Shown piece after piece: positions 1-10,686 of a stretch of DNA of 64,000 nt (the first letter of the stretch is position 1; each line of letters begins with the position of its first letter). The notes below the pieces were generated by a model. That model was not told the DNA's origin and made no database searches. It saw nothing but the letters and a program-made list of their open reading frames with translations. The position numbers and the translations under genes were made by a program. This DNA is from Lachnospiraceae bacterium (GTDB lineage: Bacteria > Bacillota > Clostridia > Lachnospirales > Lachnospiraceae), in the NCBI GenBank assembly GCA_014804605.1, contig JAAUZM010000027.1, positions 45,220-109,219 on the forward strand, in the 5' to 3' direction.

Positions 1-1754
1 CGTTTTTCTTCCTTATAGCGGCGCATTACATCCCGGTAAGCAGACCATGCATAATATACGCCGTGTTTTGCATCAGACAAATCAGCGCCATTTAAAAATC
101 CTGCATTCACCGCAATATCCGCATCCCCCTGATAGGAATCCCCACCATCTAAGAATACATTGCGGGTTGCCGTGATATAAGGGAAGAATGTGGAAAGCAT
201 TGAATGGAATTTCGGCAACGTACGCAAATCATTCTGGGTGTAGACCACATCTACCTTATTTTTTGCTACAGACACCAGCCCTTTTAAAAATACAGAGGCT
301 AAAAATCCCCACTGACAGACAACCGCCGGATCATTGTATGCATCAAATACATTCAGGATTTCATCTGCCGGCTGATCATCCCATTTTTCTGACGTATGAT
401 GGTTATACAGGATCAGACCATCCCAATCGTTCAGGCAGGCATATGCAATCGTCTGCAAAAATGCTGTTGAATGGAAAGGGTGCAGTCCGTATTCATTCCA
501 TTCACTGAGCATAAACGGTTTTCCGCCCACGATTGCAACAGACGCCAGACTAAGGAGCGTTGTTGCCATGGAGCCTACCCCCTTTTGCATGACCAGAGGA
601 TTGGCGGAAACATACTCTGTAGGACCCACTACCATATACGTATTTCCCTGAACCGGAAGAAGCGGATGGTTGAAATAGCTGTTATTCTCCATCATATCTC
701 CATCCGTATGACCATACACATCTGCCGCGCCCGCTATCAGATTGCTGGTAACGATCGGCACCTTCACACCAAGAGTGTGTAAATAATCCTTCATCATCTG
801 GTAGAATTTACGGTTCATGTATATGCCAAACTCCATGAAATCCGCATAACGTGCCGGACTGCAAGCCCCATCCCAGGCTCCATTCGGGTCATTTTCGGGC
901 TGGTAAAAACCTCCATCCACTCCCCTTACTGTTCCCTGCACCGGATCTTCCTCTTCTCCCAGTGCACAGATTCCTTCGTGTGTCCATGCTTCTTTCAGCC
1001 GGTCTCGTGTATCATACTTCATTAACAAATAGTTGTTAAAACGTCTCTGCACTTCATCTCGGTAAGGCTTCATCTGTTCACCGTCATCTGCACCCATCGG
1101 CCACTTGATTGCAGAATCCTCATTATTGATCTGAACGGTAACCACCGCCGGATCATCAATTAACGCCAGCCCTGTATAGGGATTGACATGACACAGAAGT
1201 TCTTTTGCATATTCCTTCTGCAATTCAATCAGCCTTTCATTGTACATGGCATGTCTTTTGATACAGGAAGGCGCGCCGCCCGGATAATCCGGTTCATCCG
1301 CCGCCATAAATTCCCTTGCCACAATCAGGTCAATATGCAGGTAGATACCCTTTTCTTTCAGTTTCGCCGCAAAGTAATCGAAACGATCCAGTCCTTCTTT
1401 ATGAAACTTTCTGCTGCTGCCGCTTTCATAATCCAGAAGTGGGGCCTCCTTGCAACTGCTCCAGCTCCCCGGCTCATCTCCGATCGGGGCATCTGCTGCA
1501 TGAAGTCTGATCATATTGACTCCCATGCTTGCAAAACGCTCTGCCATTTTATCCGCCGTTTCATGATCCGGCGTATTGGATCTGGCCGCCACATTAAATC
1601 CTAAGAATCTGGCACGTGTTCCGTCCTCAAAATACAAATGCCCTTTTCTGCTCTCCACAAATCCATGTTTTCCCGCCGGTGCATCCAGTAGATGGGAATA
1701 ATCTAATACTCCTTTGTTCGGCTCTGCCTTGTGAATCCTGATTCTTTGTTTCAT
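1..1754 (-). CDS. glycoside hydrolase, clan GH-A TIM barrel (GH5-like); C-terminus lies outside the window
   Basis: Hand translation of the minus strand from ATG at 1754 (GGAGG 9 nt upstream) stays open to position 1: MKQRIRIHKAEPNKGVLDYSHLLDAPAGKHGFVESRKGHLYFEDGTRARFLGFNV...VQINNEDS...FMLSEWNEYG. It has NE acid/base-like and SEWNE nucleophile-like motifs. Absent from the ORF track because there is no stop inside the window. Confidence 0.6.
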   Translation of the reverse strand, partial: MKQRIRIHKAEPNKGVLDYSHLLDAPAGKHGFVESRKGHLYFEDGTRARFLGFNVAARSNTPDHETADKMAERFASMGVNMIRLHAADAPIGDEPGSWSSCKEAPLLDYESGSSRKFHKEGLDRFDYFAAKLKEKGIYLHIDLIVAREFMAADEPDYPGGAPSCIKRHAMYNERLIELQKEYAKELLCHVNPYTGLALIDDPAVVTVQINNEDSAIKWPMGADDGEQMKPYRDEVQRRFNNYLLMKYDTRDRLKEAWTHEGICALGEEEDPVQGTVRGVDGGFYQPENDPNGAWDGACSPARYADFMEFGIYMNRKFYQMMKDYLHTLGVKVPIVTSNLIAGAADVYGHTDGDMMENNSYFNHPLLPVQGNTYMVVGPTEYVSANPLVMQKGVGSMATTLLSLASVAIVGGKPFMLSEWNEYGLHPFHSTAFLQTIAYACLNDWDGLILYNHHTSEKWDDQPADEILNVFDAYNDPAVVCQWGFLASVFLKGLVSVAKNKVDVVYTQNDLRTLPKFHSMLSTFFPYITATRNVFLDGGDSYQGDADIAVNAGFLNGADLSDAKHGVYYAWSAYRDVMRRYKEEK

Positions 1755-1967
1755 GTTTCATTTCCTCCGTTTCTGCCAAATATCCATAAGAACCGTAAAT
1801 CATCCCGCTTTTTCTATGTCTGCATCGTATCACATAAGCCGCTATCGTTATTGTAAAATACTATTCAAATTTATAATATTCTATCTTGTCTTTTCTTTTT
1901 TTCATATTTATAATGAAACCAGATGATTGATGAAAGTTCAGATAAACTCTTGTAGAGGAAAAACAAA

Positions 1968-3158
1968 ATGGATTACATTTCTTTTTGTAGGAACTTCTTT
2001 GCCGCAACTAATATTCCAATCAGCCTTCTTAAGAACGAAAAACCTGTATATTCCGCTTTAGGGGAAATACTGTCCATAACCCCGCCGTCATCTCCACAAT
2101 GGGGGCTTTTTCCTCTGGAACGCAATCCTGTTTTTTGCGCCCTTTCCCCTGACATTGAATACGGACGGATAAATGTTGACGGTACGGGCTATGATGTAAT
2201 TGTAGGACCTGCCTTTAGTGTGCCTTTGACAGAACAACTTGTTCATCAATGTATGCGTGAATTTATGCTTACTCCCGATTACCGGGAACAGCTCGTAGAA
2301 TGCCTTGCTTCCATTCCGCGAACCAGTCAGCTTCAATTTGCCAAACACCTTGCTTTTTTATATCAGTGCCTGAACCATAAAGAGGTCAATCTGCATGATT
2401 TTTTTATTGAAAATGAAATAAAGACCATAGACCGAAGCCAGCGTCAGGTAGACCGCCGTATAGATGATGCGGAAAATGACATGCTTCACAATACCTATCA
2501 CTTTGAACGTGAGATATACCAGTATATAAAAGAGGGTAATGTGCAGCGCCTTAAAGATTTTTTAAATTCAAACATTAAACCCCTCAAAGAAGGGAAATTA
2601 GCCCATAACCCGGTACGCCATGCTAAAAATATTTTTATTGCCACTGCCACCAAGGCCGGATTTCTGGGCGCTATCCCCGGAGGTGTGGATGTTGAAAAAA
2701 CATATCAGCTTGTTGATTTTTATATTCAGGAGTGCGAACAGCTTCAGACGATAGAAGAGATTACAAACTTACAATATATGATGGTTCTGGATTTCTGCCA
2801 GAGAGCCGGTGATACACAGATACCGGAAGGCATTTCTTCTGAGGTGTACCAGTGCATGAATTATATCCGCAGCCATACCAACGAATCCATCAGCATTGAA
2901 GATGTTGCAAGACAGGTACATAGGAGCAGTTCCCATATGATGCGGCGTTTTAAAGAAGAATTAGGGATTCATATCGGTGCATTTATAACAAGATGTAAAC
3001 TGGAAGAAGCCAAAACGCTTCTGACCTACAGTGAAAAAAGTCTGTCTGAAATCAGCAATTATCTCTGTTTTTCCAGCCAGTCTTATTTCCAGAATGTTTT
3101 TAAAAAGCAATATGGAATCACACCTATGCAGCATCGGAAAAATACGCAAAAGAACTGA
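1968..3158 (+). CDS. AraC-family transcriptional regulator
   Basis: 396 aa; C-terminal double HTH typical of AraC/XylS (SIEDVARQVHRSSSHMMRRFKEELG ... SLSEISNYLCFSSQSYFQNVFKKQYGITPMQHR); divergent from the hydrolase gene. Confidence 0.85.
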   Translation: MDYISFCRNFFAATNIPISLLKNEKPVYSALGEILSITPPSSPQWGLFPLERNPVFCALSPDIEYGRINVDGTGYDVIVGPAFSVPLTEQLVHQCMREFMLTPDYREQLVECLASIPRTSQLQFAKHLAFLYQCLNHKEVNLHDFFIENEIKTIDRSQRQVDRRIDDAENDMLHNTYHFEREIYQYIKEGNVQRLKDFLNSNIKPLKEGKLAHNPVRHAKNIFIATATKAGFLGAIPGGVDVEKTYQLVDFYIQECEQLQTIEEITNLQYMMVLDFCQRAGDTQIPEGISSEVYQCMNYIRSHTNESISIEDVARQVHRSSSHMMRRFKEELGIHIGAFITRCKLEEAKTLLTYSEKSLSEISNYLCFSSQSYFQNVFKKQYGITPMQHRKNTQKN

Positions 3159-3179
3159 TAGTATTTTTGTGATTGGTTA

Positions 3180-3944
3180 CTATTTATCAGCTTCCTTTCT
3201 GTGCATACGGAACGCATCCCGATTATTGCAGTATGTAATATCGTTCCTGCCTGCCATTAGTTCGCAAAATCTTTCAAACTGATACCAATTGCATTGCTTT
3301 GTTCCAAAATCCAACTCATATCCATGCCCCCAGACATAAAATATCTGGTCTTCCTGCGCCTCTGACCTTAGAAATTTATCTGCAAGATTAAATAAATCTT
3401 TCTCAATGAACCACACTGTTGGATTATATTGCAATGGATTTTCCGGAAACTGAAAACTCTTGCTGGAAGTCACACACCGCGCATATTCTATCTGATGCTC
3501 CCTCAAGCAGGCTTCCGCTTCACTTGAATTTGCACCAGACGGATAAGCGTGCCCTACAATTTTGTATCCTGCAATCTCTGTCAATTTCTGTATATCCCGT
3601 CCAATTGCTTCTTCCAGCATATCTGCATCCAATTCTTTCAGATTTTCATGTCTGTATGCATGAGATGCTATTTCAAATCCCTGATATACCTGCCTGACTT
3701 CATCTTCCGGTATCCCGTTACAATAGCAGTACTTCATCCATAAAGATTTTTGGACTTCTTTCACATACTTTATTCCATAATTACCTATCCGTCCCATCAA
3801 CCCTTTTTCACCAAACAATCCGGCATTTAAGTTAAAAGTTGCAGATAATTGATATCTTTTTAAGATTTCTATGATGCGTTTATCCTGTTCCAAACCATCA
3901 TCAAAACTCATTGTGAAATATTTTTTAGCCATAACAACTGCCAC
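3180..3944 (-). CDS. polysaccharide deacetylase / carbohydrate esterase family 4 (NodB homology)
   Basis: 254 aa; NodB motif 1 FTMSFDDG, His motif ASHAYRH, HAYPSG; abuts the SGNH esterase gene. Confidence 0.75.
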   Translation of the reverse strand: MAVVMAKKYFTMSFDDGLEQDKRIIEILKRYQLSATFNLNAGLFGEKGLMGRIGNYGIKYVKEVQKSLWMKYCYCNGIPEDEVRQVYQGFEIASHAYRHENLKELDADMLEEAIGRDIQKLTEIAGYKIVGHAYPSGANSSEAEACLREHQIEYARCVTSSKSFQFPENPLQYNPTVWFIEKDLFNLADKFLRSEAQEDQIFYVWGHGYELDFGTKQCNWYQFERFCELMAGRNDITYCNNRDAFRMHRKEADK

Positions 3945-5102
3945 CTATATATTTTTCTCATATCTCATATCTATAATCCTTTTTAGTTCTTCTTTATCCA
4001 AATCCCTGACCATACACTCCCCTCCATACTCGGTCAAATGGACACCATCCACGGAATATCCTTCAAGGTATCCGATTTTTTCTGTATCCATCAATATAGC
4101 ATCCAAGTCTATGCAGGCATCAAATATCCCACTTTTTATTACCTGATTAAAATTCTGCCTTATATCTTCCTGCTCCTCACCCAGTTCTACCGGATAAATG
4201 GAAAATGCTGCCAGAACAATTCCTCTCTGATGCGCCTGTTCCTTTAAATGCATGCACCCTTTCTCAAACTCTTCCTTCGTCGGAAGAAAAGTTCCCTCTT
4301 CCCATTTTCCCTTCCCAATATCATTCACTCCCATTGCAAACAATATATGTGTGACTCCGTAGTCGGAAAAACAATCCCATTCCACTCTTTTTAATGCCGC
4401 TTTTCCAAACATTGGCATATCTTTTTCTGAATCTGAAAGAAACCTGTTTCCGCAAATACCATAGTTCGTAAGACAAATCTGTCCCGGATAGGCAGCATAG
4501 AGGTACTCCTGTAAAGGCTTAAACCATTTTGTCTGCATTGTAATACTGTCCCCAAGACAGGAAACTACTGCCACTTCATTTTCTGTCATAACATCCATCG
4601 CATGAAAATAAGGAACCTGCCACATCATAGGCTGATGATATTGCTCTTCAATCGAATGGTAATCATTTTCATCCGCAAAACTTTCTCGACAATAATTTCC
4701 CTTCGACACCGGCATCATTACATAACTTCCTATGCCTCCGACACTGACCGGTTCTTCTCTGCAATAAACAGAAACAGCCAAAAAGTCGCCCGGATGTACC
4801 TCAATCGGGATTTCCTCACTGGCAAGACTGCTATGGGAAGAAACCTTAATCGTGTGAGTTTCGGACAAAAAGGAGACAGTTTTTATGGTGTCTCTAGAAA
4901 TTTCCCCACTTTTATCACATCTTGCTATTGTCATTTCTTCTATAATTCCGGTTTTTGATTCAGAAGCATTTGATATTCGGATTCTAACCCGGTCACCACA
5001 CACATTGACCGGTACAATTAATCTCATTGTAGTCTCTCCACCACCATAACAAGGTTCATTTACATACTGTGGTAAAGCAAAAGCTGTAACCCATTTCTTC
5101 AT
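3945..5102 (-). CDS. SGNH/GDSL-type esterase with an extra N-terminal domain
   Basis: 385 aa; block I CLGDSIT, block III GVNDIG, block V DGVHLTEYG. Confidence 0.75.
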   Translation of the reverse strand: MKKWVTAFALPQYVNEPCYGGGETTMRLIVPVNVCGDRVRIRISNASESKTGIIEEMTIARCDKSGEISRDTIKTVSFLSETHTIKVSSHSSLASEEIPIEVHPGDFLAVSVYCREEPVSVGGIGSYVMMPVSKGNYCRESFADENDYHSIEEQYHQPMMWQVPYFHAMDVMTENEVAVVSCLGDSITMQTKWFKPLQEYLYAAYPGQICLTNYGICGNRFLSDSEKDMPMFGKAALKRVEWDCFSDYGVTHILFAMGVNDIGKGKWEEGTFLPTKEEFEKGCMHLKEQAHQRGIVLAAFSIYPVELGEEQEDIRQNFNQVIKSGIFDACIDLDAILMDTEKIGYLEGYSVDGVHLTEYGGECMVRDLDKEELKRIIDMRYEKNI

Positions 5103-5358
5103 AAATATTTTCTCCTTTAATTTGATTTAGAAATCATATCATATAGTTCACTCTTATTATTGCAGAATGCTATTAAAAATTACATTATTCTATTTTACAT
5201 TTACTGTTGCAGCAAAACCGATACATAAAAATAGTTCCCAAGAGTAGAAAACATAATCAAAAGGGATTCAGTAAAAGTGTATTACCAAATCCCTCTGTCT
5301 CTATTGTTTTATGATATGCGTCAGACTGCAAAAAATGGAGAATGTTACTTTCACATTA

Positions 5359-5589
5359 CTATCTCTCGAACAGTTTTCCCTCCGTTTCGCACAATATCTG
5401 AACGAGCACCTTAAAATCAAGATACTGCACACCTTCTATTCCAGAGTGTATCTTATCCGCCAGTGCGCTATGATAATAGATATCCATTGCCTTTTCCAAT
5501 GATATGCTCTTTATCTCAGCTAGGTAAGCAATTATTCTCTCTTCCAAATTCTCCTGATATACTTTTTCTAACGTTTCCCCATCCATCAA
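5359..5589 (-). CDS. DUF3791-like small protein
   Basis: 76 aa, helical; sits directly downstream of the DUF3990-like gene with no gap. Family recalled from memory. Confidence 0.5.
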   Translation of the reverse strand: MMDGETLEKVYQENLEERIIAYLAEIKSISLEKAMDIYYHSALADKIHSGIEGVQYLDFKVLVQILCETEGKLFER

Positions 5590-6069
5590 TCATGCCTCCT
5601 CAGAAGATTCAAATATCAATAATCTGTCTATCGCTTTTTGAGTAATAAAAGCAATCTGGTCATAAGAAGGATAAACCTTGATTTCTTTAAGAGCTCGTTC
5701 CTTATCCCAGATCCCAGTATGATACATATCTACTACCCGAAACACCTTATCATTTGCCACTTTTCCAAATATCAAATCATACTTCAGATAGTCCTTCTCA
5801 CCATCCCGACATTTACACACAAAATCAATCCATTCCACCAAATCTTCATCAAAAGATTTTACCACAAACTCACTGGCAACATCATTCATCCGATAAATAT
5901 TCAGAACCGCTTTATCTTTTCCAAGAATATCTGCCTTTCTCCTTGCCCATCTTTCCGCCTGCTCTCTGACCGTAGTTACATAGAAACCCATGCCAAAATC
6001 AAGCGACCGATAGGAATGTCGTATATCCGGATTTCTCACACTCTCTGTTGAGCCATGGTACACGATCAT
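5590..6069 (-). CDS. DUF3990-like protein
   Basis: 159 aa; N-terminal MIVYHGS...LDFGMGFYVTT signature that I associate with DUF3990; overlaps the upstream DUF3791 gene by 4 nt. Confidence 0.6.
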   Translation of the reverse strand: MIVYHGSTESVRNPDIRHSYRSLDFGMGFYVTTVREQAERWARRKADILGKDKAVLNIYRMNDVASEFVVKSFDEDLVEWIDFVCKCRDGEKDYLKYDLIFGKVANDKVFRVVDMYHTGIWDKERALKEIKVYPSYDQIAFITQKAIDRLLIFESSEEA

Positions 6070-6281
6070 ACTGCCTCACCCCGCACTTTCAGATATTTTT
6101 TTATATCATCCACAATATATCCGGTTCCTTGTGTATGCAGAATATCATAATGTGGTACAAGGAAACCATCAATGCACCCTACACTCTGTAATTTCCGATA
6201 AACCTCAGAGGGCATCATATTCCACTTATCGGCACAGGCATGAATCATATACACAACAAACGAAAAGGATTCTTTATTCAT
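6066..6281 (-). CDS. DUF3791-like small protein
   Basis: 71 aa; FVVYMIHACADKW...YDILHTQG pattern typical of DUF3791; first gene of a three-gene operon. Confidence 0.55.
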   Translation of the reverse strand: MNKESFSFVVYMIHACADKWNMMPSEVYRKLQSVGCIDGFLVPHYDILHTQGTGYIVDDIKKYLKVRGEAV

Positions 6282-6470
6282 ACGTAACCTCCCCGTACAG
6301 ATTACCTTTGTCTGACATTAAGTATACAAAAAAATCGGCATTTTAACAATGCAGTTTTTCAAACCGGCAAATGCTTCAATTTGATATGGAAAATGTACAT
6401 TCTATATGCTATACTGTCTCCAAACCGCCTTCAAGATCATTCTTGAAGCAATCATACGAGGAGGTAACTT

Positions 6471-6932
6471 ATGGGGGACGTACATAAGAAAGGCATGAAT
6501 GCAGATTTAATTGAAAACGATTTGGAAAACTGCTGCCGGGGCGAAGACCTGTGCCAGCAATGTCGGGGAAACGCATGTCTCATAGGTTTTGCGAAGCAAT
6601 GTGTCTCTGATTATAAGAAAGCACCAAAAAAGGAAGTTGACGGCGGCACAGACGGAATTCCCACCACCGATTTCCGCGTATTTAATGAAATCGAATTGGA
6701 AACAGCCATCGCGCATATCCTAAAAGAATGTAAAGACTGTAAAGAAGATCATACGGAGGACTGCATTATTAACGTGATCCGCAGCTGCTATGAAGTCGGT
6801 CTGCTTGGAGATACACACCCTTATGAGGGAAGCTCGCTTCAATACCTGATGTATCTGAAAGATAACTTCCCCGATAAGGCGGCGTATATTGCAGAAATAT
6901 ATACAAGTTTACCCTCAGCCAGCGAATTGTAA
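6471..6932 (+). CDS. hypothetical cysteine-rich protein
   Basis: 153 aa ORF with GGAGG upstream; CCRGEDLCQQCRGNAC and CKDCKEDHTEDC clusters; no family recognised. Confidence 0.5.
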   Translation: MGDVHKKGMNADLIENDLENCCRGEDLCQQCRGNACLIGFAKQCVSDYKKAPKKEVDGGTDGIPTTDFRVFNEIELETAIAHILKECKDCKEDHTEDCIINVIRSCYEVGLLGDTHPYEGSSLQYLMYLKDNFPDKAAYIAEIYTSLPSASEL

Positions 6933-6952
6933 TATAATTATACAGCAAAGGG

Positions 6953-7006
6953 AGCGTTGCCTCATAACTAACCAATGCAGTTATGAAGCAACGCTCTCTT
7001 ACTTTT
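6953..7006. terminator. bidirectional intrinsic terminator between convergent genes
   Basis: 17-bp stem AGCGTTGCCTCATAACT / AGTTATGAAGCAACGCT with one mismatch, followed by CTCTTACTTTTT. Confidence 0.55.
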
Positions 7007-7039
7007 TAAATAAAGCCACGCTGATGAAACCACGCTCAC

Positions 7040-8185
7040 CTATACCGTCTTAAACTTCTCAATATAAACTGGGAAAGTATCAGTACCTTTCATCTCTTTG
7101 CCCGCTGTGATGGTGACATTCTTGTCAGTGATGAGGTATTCCACGTTCGCACCGGCCTCCACCACTGTATCCTGCATCAGGATACAATTCTTGATCTTAG
7201 CGCCTTTGCCGACCTTAACGCCACGGAAGATCACGCTGTTCTCCACTTCGCCTTCAATCACACAGCCGTCTGCCATCATCGCGTTCTGAACCTTTGCGCC
7301 GTCCTTGTAATGAGTCGGGTTATCACCACGAATCTTCGTATAAATAGGAGCTCCCGAAAACAAAGCGTCCAGATTATAGTCATCCAGAAGTTTCATATTC
7401 TCTTCGAAGTAACTCTTCATACCGCTGATACGCGCTACATAACCGGTATACTTGTAAGCCTGTACATTCAGCTTGCCGAGCTGGGGCATGATAACATCAC
7501 GCATAAAGAAGGATCGTCCCTGCATATATGCACTGCTGACAAGCTCGATCAGCAATTCACGCTCCATGACAAAAATATTCATGGAAGTATTCTGCACACC
7601 GTCTGTCTTCGGATTAATGTAAACTTTACGGATACGTCCCTGTTCCACATCAAAGGTGTAATAGAAGACTCTGTCGCTGGTCTGATAATCTAGCAGTTCC
7701 TTCGGCAGTTCCTGTTCGTTGTATGCGATCGTGATATCCGCACCGCTGTCTGCATGTGCCTGAAGCATAGCATTGAAATCAAAGTTGACCACGACATTGG
7801 TATCTGACATAACCACATATTTTTCTTTCTGATTCTTTAAAAAATTCAGCAGATTCGCCAACGCGCCGGCACGTCCGACATAAGGCCCGTCTACTTTTTT
7901 CTCTGCAAATGGAGGGAAAATATGCAAACCGCCATTCTTTCGAACCAGATCCCACTCACGGCCGGAACCAAGGTGATCCATCAATGAATGATAGTTCTGG
8001 TTTACGATGACGGAAATATTGTCAATACCGGAATGCGTCATACTGGACAGGATAAAGTCAATGATACGATAACGGCTGGCAAAAGGGATAGAAGCCATCA
8101 AACGCACGCTGACCAGTTCCGGAACCAGAGCGTCATAACTGTTAGGGAAAATAATACCGATTACATTTGTGCTTGATTTTATCAT
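7040..8185 (-). CDS. glgD: glucose-1-phosphate adenylyltransferase subunit GlgD
   Basis: 381 aa; N-terminus [41 protein letters not shown] and C-terminal left-handed beta-helix repeats; 4-nt overlap with glgC. Confidence 0.85.
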   Translation of the reverse strand: MIKSSTNVIGIIFPNSYDALVPELVSVRLMASIPFASRYRIIDFILSSMTHSGIDNISVIVNQNYHSLMDHLGSGREWDLVRKNGGLHIFPPFAEKKVDGPYVGRAGALANLLNFLKNQKEKYVVMSDTNVVVNFDFNAMLQAHADSGADITIAYNEQELPKELLDYQTSDRVFYYTFDVEQGRIRKVYINPKTDGVQNTSMNIFVMERELLIELVSSAYMQGRSFFMRDVIMPQLGKLNVQAYKYTGYVARISGMKSYFEENMKLLDDYNLDALFSGAPIYTKIRGDNPTHYKDGAKVQNAMMADGCVIEGEVENSVIFRGVKVGKGAKIKNCILMQDTVVEAGANVEYLITDKNVTITAGKEMKGTDTFPVYIEKFKTV

Positions 8186-9387
8186 TGTACTTCACCACCT
8201 TCTACATTATTATTCACCATAGCATTAGGGCCTACCACGACATTTTCGCCTATGATGACACCCGAAGCGATGATTGCTACGCCTTTTTCGTCTCCGGTGG
8301 GCATTGCACCTACTACGGCATTCTCACCGATCGTCACATTTTCTGCCACGATACAGTGCTTCACAACCGCTCCGGATTTGATCGTCGTGCCACCCATGAT
8401 GACAGCATCCTCCACTACCGCACCGGCTTCTACCTTTACGCCGGCAAAAAGAATGGAATGCTTTACCGTGCCCTTGACCCGGCACCCATCGGTGATCATG
8501 GCATTCTCTACAACTGCGCCTGCACTGATCTTGTGTCCTGTCATACCTGCATTGCGGCTGTAGATCTTCCAACCCTCGTCAAAAAGGTTAATACCGCTGT
8601 GCTCAGGGTCCAGAACTTCCATGTTCGCTTCCCACAGGGAAGAAATGGTCCCTACATCTTTCCAGTATCCGCCGAAATGATAAGCATACATCTGACGATT
8701 ATCACGGAGCAGATTCGGAATAATGTTCTTACCGAAGTCGTTGTCGGATTCCGGATCAGCCTCGTCCTCTTCCAGATATTTTTTCAGGATATCCCAGTTG
8801 AAAATGTAGATACCCATAGAAGCCAGATTGGACTTGGGATTTTTCGGCTTTTCCTGAAATTCCGTGATCTTGTCATTCTCGTCCACTACCATCAGACCGA
8901 GACGTGATGCCTCCTCCCACGGAACCTCCATAACGGCAACACTGAATTCCGCGTTTTTCGCTTTGTGGAATTCAAGGAAATCACTGTAATCCTGTTTACA
9001 GATCTGATCACCGGAAAGAATGATAACGTATTTCGGGTCATAGCGCTCGATAAACGATATATTCTGATAGATCGCATTTGCCGTGCCTTTATACCAGTCT
9101 GACCCATGTGCTTTCTGATAAGGCGGCAGTACATGCACACCGCCATAGAGACGATCCAGATCCCACGGCTGGCCGTTGCCGATATATTCGTTTAACTCCA
9201 GCGGCTGATACTGGGTCAGGATACCTACGGTATCAATACCTGAATTGACGCAGTTAGAAAGCGGGAAGTCGATGATACGATATTTGCCGCCAAAAGGAAC
9301 TGCAGGTTTTGCAAGTTTCTCTGTAAGTGCATAAAGGCGTGAACCTTGTCCGCCGGCAAGAAGCATTGCAATCATTTCTTTTGCCAT
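8182..9387 (-). CDS. glgC: glucose-1-phosphate adenylyltransferase GlgC
   Basis: [46 protein letters not shown]. Start trimmed to ATG at 9387, which has AGGAGG 8 nt upstream; the ORF-track start at 9441 has no SD. Confidence 0.9.
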   Translation of the reverse strand: MAKEMIAMLLAGGQGSRLYALTEKLAKPAVPFGGKYRIIDFPLSNCVNSGIDTVGILTQYQPLELNEYIGNGQPWDLDRLYGGVHVLPPYQKAHGSDWYKGTANAIYQNISFIERYDPKYVIILSGDQICKQDYSDFLEFHKAKNAEFSVAVMEVPWEEASRLGLMVVDENDKITEFQEKPKNPKSNLASMGIYIFNWDILKKYLEEDEADPESDNDFGKNIIPNLLRDNRQMYAYHFGGYWKDVGTISSLWEANMEVLDPEHSGINLFDEGWKIYSRNAGMTGHKISAGAVVENAMITDGCRVKGTVKHSILFAGVKVEAGAVVEDAVIMGGTTIKSGAVVKHCIVAENVTIGENAVVGAMPTGDEKGVAIIASGVIIGENVVVGPNAMVNNNVEGGEVQ

Positions 9388-9626
9388 AATACGATTCCTC
9401 CTATTTACCATGATAAATAAATTATATAACATACTGGACAATATTTACAGAAAAATTGTTAAATTTATGCAGAAAATTTATGAGCAGCAAAAAAATTATG
9501 TGTATTTTGTATATAACATGATTTGATTAAAATATCTTCCACATAATATCTCGTTAATCGAAGCGAGGCTGCGCACTAAGCAAGCTTAATGCACAGCCTC
9601 GTTCATAGAGTGTCGTTCGCAATCCT

Positions 9627-9779
9627 TTACTCCCCTGACACCTGCGTCCCGTCTGCCTTCATGTGATATTTGTCTTTGTAAATCAGCTGTGAGATCGGCA
9701 CCAGCTCATACCCTTTATCCTGCAGTCCGGTAATGACTGACTCCAGCGCATCCGCCGTATATTTTGCCCCGTTGGGTGC
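9627..9779 (-). pseudogene. displaced 3' fragment (last 50 codons) of the polysaccharide deacetylase gene split by the prophage
   Basis: Minus-strand reading APNGAKYTADALESVITGLQDKGYELVPISQLIYKDKYHMKADGTQVSGE* continues in frame from ...IILMHNGAP at 52118-52138. Confidence 0.8.
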
Positions 9780-9796
9780 TCCTTAGTTAGTATACC
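9766..9796. other. attL (host arm GCCCCGTTG, shared core GGTGC, phage arm TCCTTAGTTAGTATACC)
   Basis: The GGTGC core at 9775-9779 is shared with 52119-52123. The phage arm TAGTTAGTATACC is the exact reverse complement of GGTATACTAACTA at attR. Confidence 0.75.
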
Positions 9797-9838
9797 CTAT
9801 ATTTTGAGGTAAAATTACTGCAAGGGCGCTGCCCGTGC

Positions 9839-9925
9839 CTTAGCTCCGACAATTCCGTCTACAATTTAGGCCTTCGCTTTCCGGAATGCCCTAACTGCTA
9901 CCAGCGTCTTCTCTCCGAAGATTTC
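9839..9925 (-). pseudogene. decayed copy of the endolysin peptidoglycan-binding domain 3' end
   Basis: About 80 percent identical by eye to 12595-12681. The first 16 nt, CTTAGCTCCGACAATT, are identical. The reading frame has an in-frame stop (IFGEKTLVAVRAFRKAKA*IVDGIVGAK). Confidence 0.55.
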
Positions 9926-10001
9926 TTCTCCCTTCAGAATGAAAAGGAGAATCTCTTTTTCACTTCTTTTGATTCCCTAAGACGTATGATGTAAAAAAGG
10001 A

Positions 10002-10033
10002 AGAGCGACAGAATACTCTGTCGTTCTTTTTTT
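10002..10033. terminator. bidirectional intrinsic terminator
   Basis: Stem AGAGCGACAG / CTGTCGTTCT (one mismatch), loop AATACT, flanked by AAAAAA upstream and TTTTTTT downstream. Confidence 0.5.
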
Positions 10034-10159
10034 AATCCCCTGCTTTTTCCGTTATCGTCCCGCACCAAGCGCCAATCTGATTAAAATATAAAATTTGTTT
10101 TTTCATAATTGAAGGGGCACTCAAATGCCCCTTCAAAATTCAATAAAACTAACCTAATC

Positions 10160-10588
10160 CTATTTATCACTACTCATCCATAAGCATACCAGAAAAAGTA
10201 TTACTGCGACTACTTCTAAAAGTACCCAAAAATACGTTATTATATTTCTTTGTAGTACTATAATCAAAACAGTGGCTATCCAATTGATTACCAAGTATCC
10301 TAATGCAAACCTTCGAGAATATTCCCAAAAATCATCTACTACAAACCTTACAGTTACTCCAATCGACACTACAACCATCAATAATGTTGCTATTTTTGCA
10401 ATACCTCCAAAAATTAATGCTCCTAAATACTCTTTCGGATACTCTAGCAAAAAATGAATTGCCTCTTGTGTCGTAGCAGGCTTTATCAAATTTTCAGTAA
10501 CGTAAAAATATGCTATTGCAGAGATGGCAAATATTACTGCTATACTAACAGATATCTGCCATTTTATCATATGTCTTAAACGTTCCAT
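10160..10588 (-). CDS. prophage membrane protein (about 4 TM), function unknown
   Basis: 142 aa; GGAGG 7 nt upstream; four hydrophobic segments; AT-rich cargo next to attL. Confidence 0.6.
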   Translation of the reverse strand: MERLRHMIKWQISVSIAVIFAISAIAYFYVTENLIKPATTQEAIHFLLEYPKEYLGALIFGGIAKIATLLMVVVSIGVTVRFVVDDFWEYSRRFALGYLVINWIATVLIIVLQRNIITYFWVLLEVVAVILFLVCLWMSSDK

Positions 10589-10686
10589 AGCAATACCTCC
10601 TTCTAAAATTATTTTTTAATTAATTATAGAAAGAGCGAACCAACTGGCAAGAACGCTCATATTCTTAGTGACATAAACAATATATG

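Noticed and set aside
188-1604. Several plus-strand ORFs (106, 103, 62, 138 and 64 aa) at the left edge.
   Set aside because: They lie antisense to a long, protein-like minus-strand reading frame (the GH5-like hydrolase). They have odd composition (H, R, C, P-rich) and no SD.
8167-8907. 246-aa plus-strand ORF plus other shadow ORFs across glgC and glgD.
   Set aside because: They are antisense shadows of clearly recognisable glgC and glgD, with no SD and implausible composition.
9388-9441. N-terminal extensions in the ORF track. Affected ORFs: glgC; ImmA; both XRE-region genes; the 521-aa protein at 39088-39207; LacI at 60512-60691; and the scaffold, major tail and BlaI-like genes, among others.
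   Set aside because: In each case an internal ATG has a proper Shine-Dalgarno sequence and matches the family N-terminus. The upstream start lacks an SD or overlaps the previous gene.
10111-10134. Perfect 9-bp stem hairpin GAAGGGGCA-CTCAAA-TGCCCCTTC downstream of the membrane protein gene, considered as a terminator.
   Set aside because: Neither orientation has a U tract after the stem, so its function is unclear and it is not called.
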